DNA from: Candidatus Poriferisodalis sp.
GTDB lineage: Bacteria > Actinomycetota > Acidimicrobiia > Acidimicrobiales > Poriferisodalaceae
DNA: 64,000 nucleotides
Reading direction: 5' to 3'
Assembly: GCF_965203655.1 (NCBI RefSeq)
Contig: NZ_CBDBDD010000007.1
Span: 7,348-71,347 of the forward strand
The notes beneath the pieces were generated by a model. The model made no database searches. It had not been told where the DNA came from and worked only from the letters and a program-made list of their open reading frames with translations. Below are positions 38,772-47,303 of the stretch, one piece after another. The position numbers and the translations under genes were made by a program. Each line of letters opens with the position of its first letter. Positions within the stretch are counted from its first letter, which is position 1.

Positions 38772-40201
38772 TTGCAGCGCTGGTGGCGATCGCGTCCGCT
38801 CTGGCGCTGGCACTCGTGATCGTCGTGGTGACGGCTGTGCGAGCGCGCCGCTCGGCGGCTGAGCGCCTGGGCAGGGTGGTGCACCAGTTCGTGGCGCACG
38901 ATGGCGAGCGGCCGCGGCCTGCCGAGGCCGAGGTCGATGGGTACAAGCTCGACGACTGGCTCACCTACCTGGAGTCGGTGGCCACCACGGCGGCGATGAC
39001 GGCCAACCTGGCCGAGCGGGACCGCGCCCGCTGGCAGCTCGCCATGGACGAGCTCGCCATCGGTGTCGTGCTGGTGGACGAGGACGGCACCGTGTGCGCT
39101 ACCAACGCACTGGCCGACGAGATGATGTCGGCGCGCGATGCCATGGCCCTGGTCGGCGCGGGCGTGCGGGAGTTGCTGGAGCAGGCAGGCGCGGGGCACG
39201 CACGCTTCCGCACGGTGAAGCTCACGGGCCCGCCGCCGCGGGTGCTCGAGATCAGCGCGCATCCGGTGGCCAGCGACAGCCATGCGCTGGGGGCGGTGGC
39301 GGTGATTGCTGACCGCACCGAAGGCGCCCGGGTGGACGAGGTACGGCGTGACTTCGTGGCCAACCTGAGCCATGAGCTGCGCACGCCGGTGGGCGCGATC
39401 GCGCTGCTGTCCGAGACGCTGGAGCACGAGGACGACCCGGCGGTGCGGGGCCGGCTGGTGGGCCGCATCAGCGCTGAGGCCGAGCGGGTCCGGCTCATCA
39501 TCGACGACCTGCTGGAGCTGAGCCGGGTCGAGCTGGAGGGTTCGATGCGGCAGGAGGAGGTGCCGGTCGTGCCGCTGCTGAGCGAGGTGGCGCACCAGTA
39601 TTCCGAGCACGCACGCACCCACGACGTGGAGCTGGTGCGACCCGAGGCCTCGAACGGGTCGGCGATCGTGCTGCACGCCGACCGCGGCCAGCTGCTGCGG
39701 GCCGTGGGGAACCTGGTCGACAACGCCATCAAGTACAGCGACCCCGGCTCGGAGGTGCGCCTGAGCGTGCTGCCGAGCTCGGGAAACGACCGACCGCCCT
39801 CGGAGGTGCTCGCAGAGGCGGACGCGGCCGTCGCTCGGATCGGGCCTGCAGAGATGTCGGGATCATCGGATGTGCCTGCACCGCCGGGCAGCCCGGAGCT
39901 GTTCGACCCTGAGCGGTCAGAAGCAGGGGAGCCGGCGTGGGTGGACATCGTGGTTGCCGATGAGGGCATCGGCATTCCCGCGGACGAGACCGAGCGGGTC
40001 TTCGAGCGCTTCTACCGGGTCGACAAGGCCCGCGCCCGGGCCACCGGCGGCACCGGCTTGGGCCTCAGCATCGTGCGCCACGTGGTGGCGAACCACGGCG
40101 GCGAGGTGATGCTGCACACCCGTGAGGGCGTCGGCACGACCTTCACGCTCAGATTCCCCGCACCCGACGACACGGGCACACTTGACGAGGCAGACATATG
40201 A
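38768..40201 (+). CDS. Sensor histidine kinase (SenX3/PhoR-like)
   Basis: H-box FVANLSHELRTP, N-box DNAIKYS, G-boxes DEGIGIP and GGTGLGLSIV. GTGA overlap with phoU and ATGA overlap with the regulator. Confidence 0.85.
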   Translation: MIAALVAIASALALALVIVVVTAVRARRSAAERLGRVVHQFVAHDGERPRPAEAEVDGYKLDDWLTYLESVATTAAMTANLAERDRARWQLAMDELAIGVVLVDEDGTVCATNALADEMMSARDAMALVGAGVRELLEQAGAGHARFRTVKLTGPPPRVLEISAHPVASDSHALGAVAVIADRTEGARVDEVRRDFVANLSHELRTPVGAIALLSETLEHEDDPAVRGRLVGRISAEAERVRLIIDDLLELSRVELEGSMRQEEVPVVPLLSEVAHQYSEHARTHDVELVRPEASNGSAIVLHADRGQLLRAVGNLVDNAIKYSDPGSEVRLSVLPSSGNDRPPSEVLAEADAAVARIGPAEMSGSSDVPAPPGSPELFDPERSEAGEPAWVDIVVADEGIGIPADETERVFERFYRVDKARARATGGTGLGLSIVRHVVANHGGEVMLHTREGVGTTFTLRFPAPDDTGTLDEADI

Positions 40202-40893
40202 CATCGGTACTGGTAGTTGACGACGAGCCGTCCTTCACCGAGGCGCTCTCGGTGGGCCTGCGGCGTGAGGGCTTCGAGGTGCGCACCGCCGCCGACGGCC
40301 GCGCCGCGCTGGAAGAGATCAGCGAGTCCGAACCGGACCTGATCCTGCTCGACGTGATGCTGCCGGGCATGTCGGGGCTGGACGTGTGCCGGGAGATCCG
40401 CAAGACGACACGGGTGCCGCTGATCATGGTGACCGCCCGCGGCGAGGAGATCGATGCCGTGGTGGGCCTCGAGGTCGGCGCGGACGACTACGTCTCCAAG
40501 CCGTACCGCATGCGCGAGCTGGTGGCACGCATGCGGGCGGTGCTGCGGCGCGCCTCCCCGCAGCCCTCCGAGCCCGAGGCGACCTGTCTGGTCGAGGGCG
40601 ATGTGATGCTCGACATCGACCGCCACGAGCTGCGTGTGCGCGGCGAGCTGGTGTCCCTCGCGCTGAAGGAGTTCGAGCTGCTGGCCTACCTGCTCTCCAA
40701 TGCCGGCCGGGTGGTCACTCGCGACAGCCTCATGCAGAACGTGTGGGGCTACAACTACGTCGGCGACACCAAGACGATCGACGTGCATGTGAAGCGGTTG
40801 CGGGCCAAGATCGAGGACGATCCGTCCGACCCGCAGCGCATCACCACCATCCGGGGCCTGGGCTACCGCTACGAGCGGAGCGTGACGAACTGA
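40198..40893 (+). CDS. OmpR-family response regulator (RegX3/PhoP-like)
   Basis: VLVVDDE, LILLDVMLPGMSG, SKPY, and winged helix TIDVHVKRLRAKIE...IRGLGYRY. Confidence 0.88.
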   Translation: MTSVLVVDDEPSFTEALSVGLRREGFEVRTAADGRAALEEISESEPDLILLDVMLPGMSGLDVCREIRKTTRVPLIMVTARGEEIDAVVGLEVGADDYVSKPYRMRELVARMRAVLRRASPQPSEPEATCLVEGDVMLDIDRHELRVRGELVSLALKEFELLAYLLSNAGRVVTRDSLMQNVWGYNYVGDTKTIDVHVKRLRAKIEDDPSDPQRITTIRGLGYRYERSVTN

Positions 40894-40909
40894 ACCGGGG
40901 TAGCCGCTG

Positions 40910-42265
40910 ATGCAGCCCTTCACGTGGCTTGCCCGCACGCATCTGCTGTCGGCCGCCGGCGATGCGCTGATCGCGATCGCGCTGGCAGGGTCGCTGTTCT
41001 TCAACCTGGATCCGGCGGCTGCGAGACCCAGGGTGGCGCTGTACCTGCTGGTGACGATGGCGCCGTTCGCGGTGGTGGGGCCGCTGATCGGGCCGTTGGT
41101 GGACCGTGCCCGTGGCGGCCGCCGGGGGATGATCATCGGGGCGGGCATCGCCCGGGCGATCCTGGCACTGCTGATGGTGCGGCACCTCGACTCGCTGTGG
41201 TTGTTCCCCGAGGCGTTCGGTGCGCTGGTGGCGGGCAAGACGTACCACGTGGCCAAGAGCGCCGTGGTGCCGGGGCTGGTGCGCGAGGAGCGCGACCTGG
41301 TGGAAGCCAACTCCAAGCTGATGCTGCTGAGCGGGCTGGGGGGTGCGCTGGCGGCCGGTCCCGGTGTGCTGCTGAGCCTGGCCTCGTCGCGCTGGGTGCT
41401 GGTGCTGGCGGCGGTGGTCTTCGTGCTGATGACGTTCCCTGCACGGCGGCTGCCCCGCTTTGCCGTGCGGCCGCGGCGTGTGCCGCCGAGCCCGCCGCCC
41501 CAGCCGCTCCCGTCACGCCCGCCGCACGTCGCCCCCCAGCAGCCCCCACCCGCCGCGGCCACCAGGCGTCGTGGCGCGATGCTGCTGGCCGGCTCGGCCA
41601 TGGGCGTCGTGCGGATGATGACCGGCTTCACGCTGTTCCTGATCGCGTTCTGGCTGCGCACCGACGACGCTGCCCCGTGGTGGTTCGGCTTCATGTTCAC
41701 CGCCAGCGCCATCGGGCAGCTCATCGGCGCGGTGGGAGCGCCGTGGCTGCGGCGCCGTGTCCGCGAGGAGATCCTGCTCGCGTGCACCTTGCTGCTGGCC
41801 GCCGCCATGTCGTTCTACGTCGTGACCTCGCCCGACCGCGGCTCGGTGCTGGGGCTGGCCTTGGTGATCGGGCTGATGTCGGCGCTGGGCAAGCTGTGCT
41901 TCGACGCCATCGTGCAGCGCGACGAGGTGCCCGCAGACCAGGGCCGCACGTTCGCCCGCTTCGAGACCCGCTTCCAGCTGATGTGGGTGATCGGCGGGCT
42001 CGTGCCGGTGGCTGCGCCGAGCGGCATCCTGCCGTTGCGCGCCGGGGTGATGCTGCTGGGCATTGCCGCCACGGTGGCGGTGGTGCTCTACGCCGGCGGC
42101 CTGTGGGCGCTGGCCCGGGGCCGGCGTCCCCCCTCGGAGATCATCGTCACGCGGGTGCGCACCCGCATCACCCAGACCCGAGTCCGCCGCCGCAGCCAGA
42201 TCCGGGGGCAGCGTCAGCCGTCAGATCCGGCTCGAGGCGTCGGCCGGGCCCCGGGTCTCGACTAG
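40910..42265 (+). CDS. MFS-type transporter
   Basis: About 12 predicted TM segments, with a GPLVDRARGGRR loop resembling MFS motif A. Confidence 0.65.
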   Translation: MQPFTWLARTHLLSAAGDALIAIALAGSLFFNLDPAAARPRVALYLLVTMAPFAVVGPLIGPLVDRARGGRRGMIIGAGIARAILALLMVRHLDSLWLFPEAFGALVAGKTYHVAKSAVVPGLVREERDLVEANSKLMLLSGLGGALAAGPGVLLSLASSRWVLVLAAVVFVLMTFPARRLPRFAVRPRRVPPSPPPQPLPSRPPHVAPQQPPPAAATRRRGAMLLAGSAMGVVRMMTGFTLFLIAFWLRTDDAAPWWFGFMFTASAIGQLIGAVGAPWLRRRVREEILLACTLLLAAAMSFYVVTSPDRGSVLGLALVIGLMSALGKLCFDAIVQRDEVPADQGRTFARFETRFQLMWVIGGLVPVAAPSGILPLRAGVMLLGIAATVAVVLYAGGLWALARGRRPPSEIIVTRVRTRITQTRVRRRSQIRGQRQPSDPARGVGRAPGLD

Positions 42266-43404
42266 TCCAAGGGCAGGTCGAGGCGGGCCAGCCACAGGCC
42301 CGGCGCCGCGACTTCGTTGGGCGTGGGCAGTGAGCCCGGCTCGAACAGGCGCGCCAGCCCGTCGCGTCCCGCCCGTTCGATCACGCCGACGATGAACGCC
42401 TCGCCCCGGTCACGGGCCTCGGCGCTCAGCCGCACGCCGAGCAGGCGATCCGCAAAATCGGCGCCCTGTGTGAGCTGGCGGCGGCGCACCGCCTCGCTGA
42501 GCGCGCCGAAGCTGCCGATGAGCCGCGAGCCCGCCTGCGCGACGACGTCGTCGATGTAGGCGTTCACGACGCTGAGCAGCGTCTCGAGCCGCTGCACGAT
42601 GTCGTTCTGGCTGTCGTCGCGTGACACCCCCAGCAGCAGCTCGGGGTTGCCGAAGATGCGCTGGAGCTGCGAGGTGAGCTGGGAGGGGTCGCTCATCATG
42701 TCGGGGTCGAGGTCGAGCATCTCCTCGAATGCCCGGTCGCTGCGCTGGAACCCCTCCACGTAGCGCAGCAGCAGCCCGTCGAGTTCTGCACGCACGTGGG
42801 GCACGGCCAACATCGAATGCATGGCGTGCTCGCGGATGGCCACCCACAGCATGACGTCGTCGACGTCGAGGCTCCATTCGGATGCGAAGTCGGTGATGTT
42901 GGCGGGCACGATGAGGATCCGTCCCATCGGCACGCCGAGATCGGAGTTGCCGAATGCCTTCGTGGCGAGGTGGCCCGCCATCATGCCGGCGGTCATCGCC
43001 ACGGTCATCGGGCTCATCATGCGGAGCAGGCCCGCGAAGGGGTCGTCGACCGATTCGTTGGCGAGACGTTCGGACAGCCGGTCCATGAGCGGGCGGATCG
43101 CGTCGAGGGCTGCCGCCGCCCAGCCCGAGCGCGTGACAGGCTCGGTGCGTGCGGGGACGATGTCGAGATGGGTCACGTGGGCCGTGTGCAGCTCGGCGAC
43201 ACGGCTGATCTCGCTGAGGCGGTGCCGGATGACCGGGTCGACGTTGTGCTCAGGCGTGCCGCCGGTGGCGAGCTGGGTGGCCGTCTGGCGGGCGCCTTCC
43301 CACAGGGATGCTTCGTTGCCGAGCATCCCGGCGATGTCGCCGAGGAAGGGGATGCCCTTGAACGGGTCGGCCCCCGGGTCGTCGGCCCCGGCGTCGTCAG
43401 CCAC
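42262..43404 (-). CDS. DUF2342-like (putative zinc-metalloprotease-fold) actinobacterial protein
   Basis: Overall resemblance (FKGIPFLGDIAGMLG N-terminus, LWVAIREHAMH region). Recalled from memory of the family, not verified. Confidence 0.5.
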   Translation of the reverse strand: MADDAGADDPGADPFKGIPFLGDIAGMLGNEASLWEGARQTATQLATGGTPEHNVDPVIRHRLSEISRVAELHTAHVTHLDIVPARTEPVTRSGWAAAALDAIRPLMDRLSERLANESVDDPFAGLLRMMSPMTVAMTAGMMAGHLATKAFGNSDLGVPMGRILIVPANITDFASEWSLDVDDVMLWVAIREHAMHSMLAVPHVRAELDGLLLRYVEGFQRSDRAFEEMLDLDPDMMSDPSQLTSQLQRIFGNPELLLGVSRDDSQNDIVQRLETLLSVVNAYIDDVVAQAGSRLIGSFGALSEAVRRRQLTQGADFADRLLGVRLSAEARDRGEAFIVGVIERAGRDGLARLFEPGSLPTPNEVAAPGLWLARLDLPLD

Positions 43405-43463
43405 AACCGAATCGTACGGCTGCGGTGCGGGCGTGTGGCCCGCGGCCCGATTGACTGAGGACA

Positions 43464-44468
43464 GTGATCGTGGACTCAGGCGCTAGCTCCAGCCGGGTCG
43501 CGGTGTCGGGCACGGGCGGCGTGATCGGCGCCCGCGTGCTGCAGTGGCTGGCGCAGTCGTTCGACGTGATCGACATCGACCAGATGATCGACGCCGACCA
43601 GGCGGCGCACGTGAGCGAGGCCGTCTCGGGCGCCGACGCGCTGGTGCACCTGCGGCTGACCCGCGAGATCACTTCTGACCGGCTGCGATGGGTGCTCGCC
43701 GCGGCGGATGTGCCGCACCTGACGCTGGTGTCGAGCGCCAGCGTGTACGGGGCGTGGCCGAACCATCCGACGCCGATCTCGGAGGACATGCCGGTGCGGC
43801 CGAACCTGGAGTCGTCGTTTGCCGTGCACCACGCCGATGCCGAGCGCACCGTGCTGGAGTGGCGCGACGCTGCGGGGGAGCGGTCCGGACAGTCCGGGCG
43901 GCAGGTGGCCATCCTGCGGCCGGCGCCGGTGGTGTCGAGCGGTCTCGGCGGCCCGATCGGCGAGGCGATGCTGGCGGCTGCGCCGATCCGCACCGGCAGC
44001 GATGACCCGCCGGTGCAGTTCCTGCACCTCGACGACTTGGCGTCTGCGGTGGTGCTGGCGGTGCGGCAGCGTCTCGCGGGTGTGTTCAACGTGGCGCCCG
44101 ACGGCTGGCTGGCACCCAGCGAGCTGCGGGCGCTGCTGGGGGCTCGGCCCAAGGTCAGGCTGCCGCTGCCTGCACCGGAGCGGCTCGACCGCTACGTGGC
44201 TCGCCGGGTGGGTCACGCTGCACCCGACGGCCTGCTGCCCTTCACCCGCTTCAGCTGGGTGGTGGCCAATGACCGGCTCCGTGCCGCCGGCTGGGAGCCC
44301 CGCTACAGCAGCGCGCAGGCGTACGTGATCGCAGACGCCGGGATGCCGTGGGACGATCTCAATGCACGTCAGCGCCAGTACGCGATGCTGGCGGGCGCGG
44401 GGGCTGCGCTGGTTGTCGGCGGCTGGGCTGCCACAGCCTGGCTCCGGCGCTCCTACGCTTTGCGATGA
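43464..44468 (+). CDS. NAD-dependent epimerase/dehydratase (SDR) family protein
   Basis: VAVSGTGGVIGARV Rossmann motif and SSASVYG. Confidence 0.7.
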   Translation: MIVDSGASSSRVAVSGTGGVIGARVLQWLAQSFDVIDIDQMIDADQAAHVSEAVSGADALVHLRLTREITSDRLRWVLAAADVPHLTLVSSASVYGAWPNHPTPISEDMPVRPNLESSFAVHHADAERTVLEWRDAAGERSGQSGRQVAILRPAPVVSSGLGGPIGEAMLAAAPIRTGSDDPPVQFLHLDDLASAVVLAVRQRLAGVFNVAPDGWLAPSELRALLGARPKVRLPLPAPERLDRYVARRVGHAAPDGLLPFTRFSWVVANDRLRAAGWEPRYSSAQAYVIADAGMPWDDLNARQRQYAMLAGAGAALVVGGWAATAWLRRSYALR

Positions 44469-44917
44469 TGACCACTTGGATCGAGCTGACGCCCGACGAG
44501 CTGCCCATTGCGGCCGTCTACGAATGGGCGCTTGATCCATCGGCGGGTGCGGTGGTGCTGTTCTCGGGCACGGTGCGCGACCATGCCGACTACCGCACCG
44601 GCGTGACCCGGCTCGTATACGAGGCGTACGAGTCCGAGGTGACGCCCCGGATGTCGGAGATCGCCGCCGAGATGCGCCGGCGGTGGCCGAGCGTGTGCAA
44701 GGCGGCGCTGCTGCACCGGGTGGGCACGCTGGCCCTCACCGAGTGCTCGGTGGTGGTGGCGGTGTCGGCGCCGCATCGGGATGCAGCATTCGAAGCCGCG
44801 CGCTTCGGCATCGATACCTTGAAGGCCACAGTGCCGATCTGGAAGCAAGAGCACCACGACGGCGGGACTGACTGGGGCCTGCAGTCGCAGCCGATTGCCG
44901 AGGTGCCCCGCGCATGA
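44465..44917 (+). CDS. moaE: Molybdopterin synthase catalytic subunit
   Basis: GAVVLFSGTVRD, HRVGTLALTECSVVVAVSAPHR, VPIWKQE. ATGA overlap with the epimerase gene. Confidence 0.85.
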   Translation: MMTTWIELTPDELPIAAVYEWALDPSAGAVVLFSGTVRDHADYRTGVTRLVYEAYESEVTPRMSEIAAEMRRRWPSVCKAALLHRVGTLALTECSVVVAVSAPHRDAAFEAARFGIDTLKATVPIWKQEHHDGGTDWGLQSQPIAEVPRA

Positions 44918-45333
44918 GCCCGCTGCTGTTCCTGGCCATTGCGGTGGTGGTGCCGCTGCTGGGGATGGCGGTGCTGGGCGCGATCGCTCGGGTGCAGAAC
45001 AACCGTGTGACCGATGACGAGACCGAGCCCTTCCGCCGCAAGCTGAAGGCGATCGCTCCGCGCGGGCCGGAGGATTCGCCGCGCGCTCCAGGCTTGAGGG
45101 GCCTGTTCCGCCGAGCGCCCAAGCAGTCGAGCCGGGACCTCTCGACGGCAGAATTGCCAGGCTCCGCCATTCCTGCGCCACGCTCTCGCACAGCGAAGAG
45201 CATCCGTCTGATCGAGCGCGAGTATTCGCTGCCGGTGCTTCCGCCGCTCAGCGCTGATCTGGATGCCCGTGTGCCTCGCCGGGCTCGCCCGCGCCCGCCG
45301 GGCCATGACCGGGGGAATCGCTCTGGCTCGTGA
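44914..45333 (+). CDS. Hypothetical protein with N-terminal TM helix and disordered basic tail
   Basis: ATGA-coupled to moaE. MSPLLFLAIAVVVPLLGMAVLGAI. The low-complexity C-terminus overlaps the mreB start by 29 nt. Confidence 0.4.
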   Translation: MSPLLFLAIAVVVPLLGMAVLGAIARVQNNRVTDDETEPFRRKLKAIAPRGPEDSPRAPGLRGLFRRAPKQSSRDLSTAELPGSAIPAPRSRTAKSIRLIEREYSLPVLPPLSADLDARVPRRARPRPPGHDRGNRSGS

Positions 45334-46327
45334 CCTGGCAATCGACCTCGGCACCGCGAACACGCTGGTGTACGAGCGGGGGCGCGGCATCGTGTTCAAC
45401 GAGCCGTCCGTCATCGCGCTCAACGAGCGCTCGGGCGATGTGCTGTCCGTCGGCCGCGAAGCGTGGCAGATGATCGGCCGGACGCCCAGCTACATCATCG
45501 CGGCACGCCCGCTGCGCAACGGCGCCATCACCGACTTCGACATCACCCAGCGGATGATCCGGCTGATCCTCCAAGGTGTCGGCGTCGGCCGGTTCGGCCG
45601 GACCCGGGTTGCTGTGTGCGTGCCGTCGCTGATCACCCCGGTCGAGCGGCGAGCGGTGATCGAGGCGGCACGCCGGGCGGGTGCCTCCGACGTGCGGCTG
45701 ATCGAGCAGCCGATCGCCGCAGCCATCGGCTCCGGGCTGCCGATCCACGAGCCGGCGGGGTCGCTGGTCATCGATGTCGGCGGCGGCACTGCCGAGATCG
45801 CCATGGTCTCGCTCGGCGGCTTGGTCTCGCTCAAGGCCGTGCGTGTGGGCTCGTTCGACTTCGACACCGCGTTGATGAACTACTCGCGGCGGGTCCACGG
45901 CATTGCCATCGGCGAGCGCACCGCCGAGGAGCTCAAGATCAGCATCGGGTCCGCGTGGCCGGTCGACGACAAGTTCGACGCCGAGGTGAAGGGCCGCGAC
46001 CTCTCGTCGGGATTGCCTCGCACGTTCGTCATCACGCCGACCGAAGTGCGCTCTGCGCTGGCCGACACGGTCGAGCAGATCGTCGAATCCGTGCTCGAGT
46101 GCCTTGGCGAGGCACCGCCGGAGCTGGCACAGGACCTGATTCACACCGGCGCGCTCATGGTAGGCGGGGGGTCGCTGCTGCAGGGACTCGACCAGCGCAT
46201 CGCATCGGAGGCGCGTGTGCCGGTGCTGCGGTCCGAGTCGCCGCTCGAGACGGTGGTGCTGGGCGCCGGGCGTGCACTCGAGAACTTCGAGTCCCTCCAC
46301 GCCTCGCACACGATTCCCGGCCGGTAG
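45305..46327 (+). CDS. mreB: Rod-shape-determining actin homolog MreB
   Basis: LAIDLGTANTLVY, VIDVGGGTAEIA, GGGSLLQGLD. No mreC or mreD follows. Confidence 0.9.
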   Translation: MTGGIALARDLAIDLGTANTLVYERGRGIVFNEPSVIALNERSGDVLSVGREAWQMIGRTPSYIIAARPLRNGAITDFDITQRMIRLILQGVGVGRFGRTRVAVCVPSLITPVERRAVIEAARRAGASDVRLIEQPIAAAIGSGLPIHEPAGSLVIDVGGGTAEIAMVSLGGLVSLKAVRVGSFDFDTALMNYSRRVHGIAIGERTAEELKISIGSAWPVDDKFDAEVKGRDLSSGLPRTFVITPTEVRSALADTVEQIVESVLECLGEAPPELAQDLIHTGALMVGGGSLLQGLDQRIASEARVPVLRSESPLETVVLGAGRALENFESLHASHTIPGR

Positions 46328-46381
46328 CTGCGCCGCTGGGCGCGCCGGCGAGATCAGGCGGCGTCGAGGCTGCTGGGCCGA

Positions 46382-47092
46382 TCAGCGGACCGGCACGCCG
46401 AGCAGCTCGCCGGCGACGGCGCGCACCTGGCGGTCGCGGTCATCGAGCGAGGCGCGCACGGCGTCGACGGCACGGTCGTCGTCGAATTGGTGCAATCCCA
46501 GCAGGGCCCGGCGCCGGATCTGTGGCCGGTCCTCCATGGCAGCGAGCAGCACCTCCAGCGATCTCGCCCTGGCATCGTCGTGACCGGCGCCAGCCGCGCT
46601 GCGCTCTGCCGAATCCGGGCCCGCCGCGATCGTGTCGAGCCCCGCGGCGATGGCGCCGAGCGCAGCAACTGCGCTCTCACGGCACAACGGGTCGTCATGA
46701 TCGCGGGCGACGCGGCACAGCTCGCGCACCGGCGCGGCGTCCCGGTCGCGCTCGCCGAGTGCAGCAGCCGTGGCCTCCACCACCGAGGCGTCGGCGTCGC
46801 TCAGCATCGGTATGAGGTCGACCTCCGGCGGGGCCAGTTCTGCGGCCCGCCTGCGGACCCCGGTCGCGTCGTCGCTCAGCGCCGAGCGAACCTGGGCGGC
46901 GCTGAGTTCGCCGCAGCGTGCGAGCGCACCGAGTGCCGCTGCGCGGACGTCGGCATCGCTGTCCGTCAGGAACTGCGCTGCCGCCTCGCTATCGCCCCGA
47001 TGACCTGCCACCACCGCTTCCAGCCGTCGCGCATACGCGTCGTCGGTGTGGTCAGGAAGTGCTGGGCCCGGGGCGTCGGGCGGTGGCGACAC
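46382..47092 (-). CDS. HEAT-repeat protein
   Basis: Repeated DxDxxVRxAAxxALG units. Confidence 0.65.
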   Translation of the reverse strand: MSPPPDAPGPALPDHTDDAYARRLEAVVAGHRGDSEAAAQFLTDSDADVRAAALGALARCGELSAAQVRSALSDDATGVRRRAAELAPPEVDLIPMLSDADASVVEATAAALGERDRDAAPVRELCRVARDHDDPLCRESAVAALGAIAAGLDTIAAGPDSAERSAAGAGHDDARARSLEVLLAAMEDRPQIRRRALLGLHQFDDDRAVDAVRASLDDRDRQVRAVAGELLGVPVR

Positions 47093-47103
47093 GCGGCCTC
47101 AGC

Positions 47104-47286
47104 TCATCCCACGAGCGCTTCGAGCAGGAGCGCCCCCAGTGCAGCAGCGATCAGCACGACCGCCACCAGCGTGATCGTGCAGATGGCCACAAAGACGGCG
47201 AGCCCGACGACGGCGACCAGCCGCCGCCAGATCCCTGTCGGCTTGTAGGCCCAGCGCCCCGTCTCCATCAGCCCAATATGCCCCAT
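47104..47286 (-). CDS. Possible 60-aa membrane protein
   Basis: MGHIGLMETGRWAYKPTGIWRRLVAVVGLAVFVAICTITLVAVVLIAAALGALLLE. The shorter start inside ORF 47104..47481 was chosen. Confidence 0.3.
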   Translation of the reverse strand: MGHIGLMETGRWAYKPTGIWRRLVAVVGLAVFVAICTITLVAVVLIAAALGALLLEALVG

Positions 47287-47303
47287 TCCCGGCCGAGTCG
47301 CGC

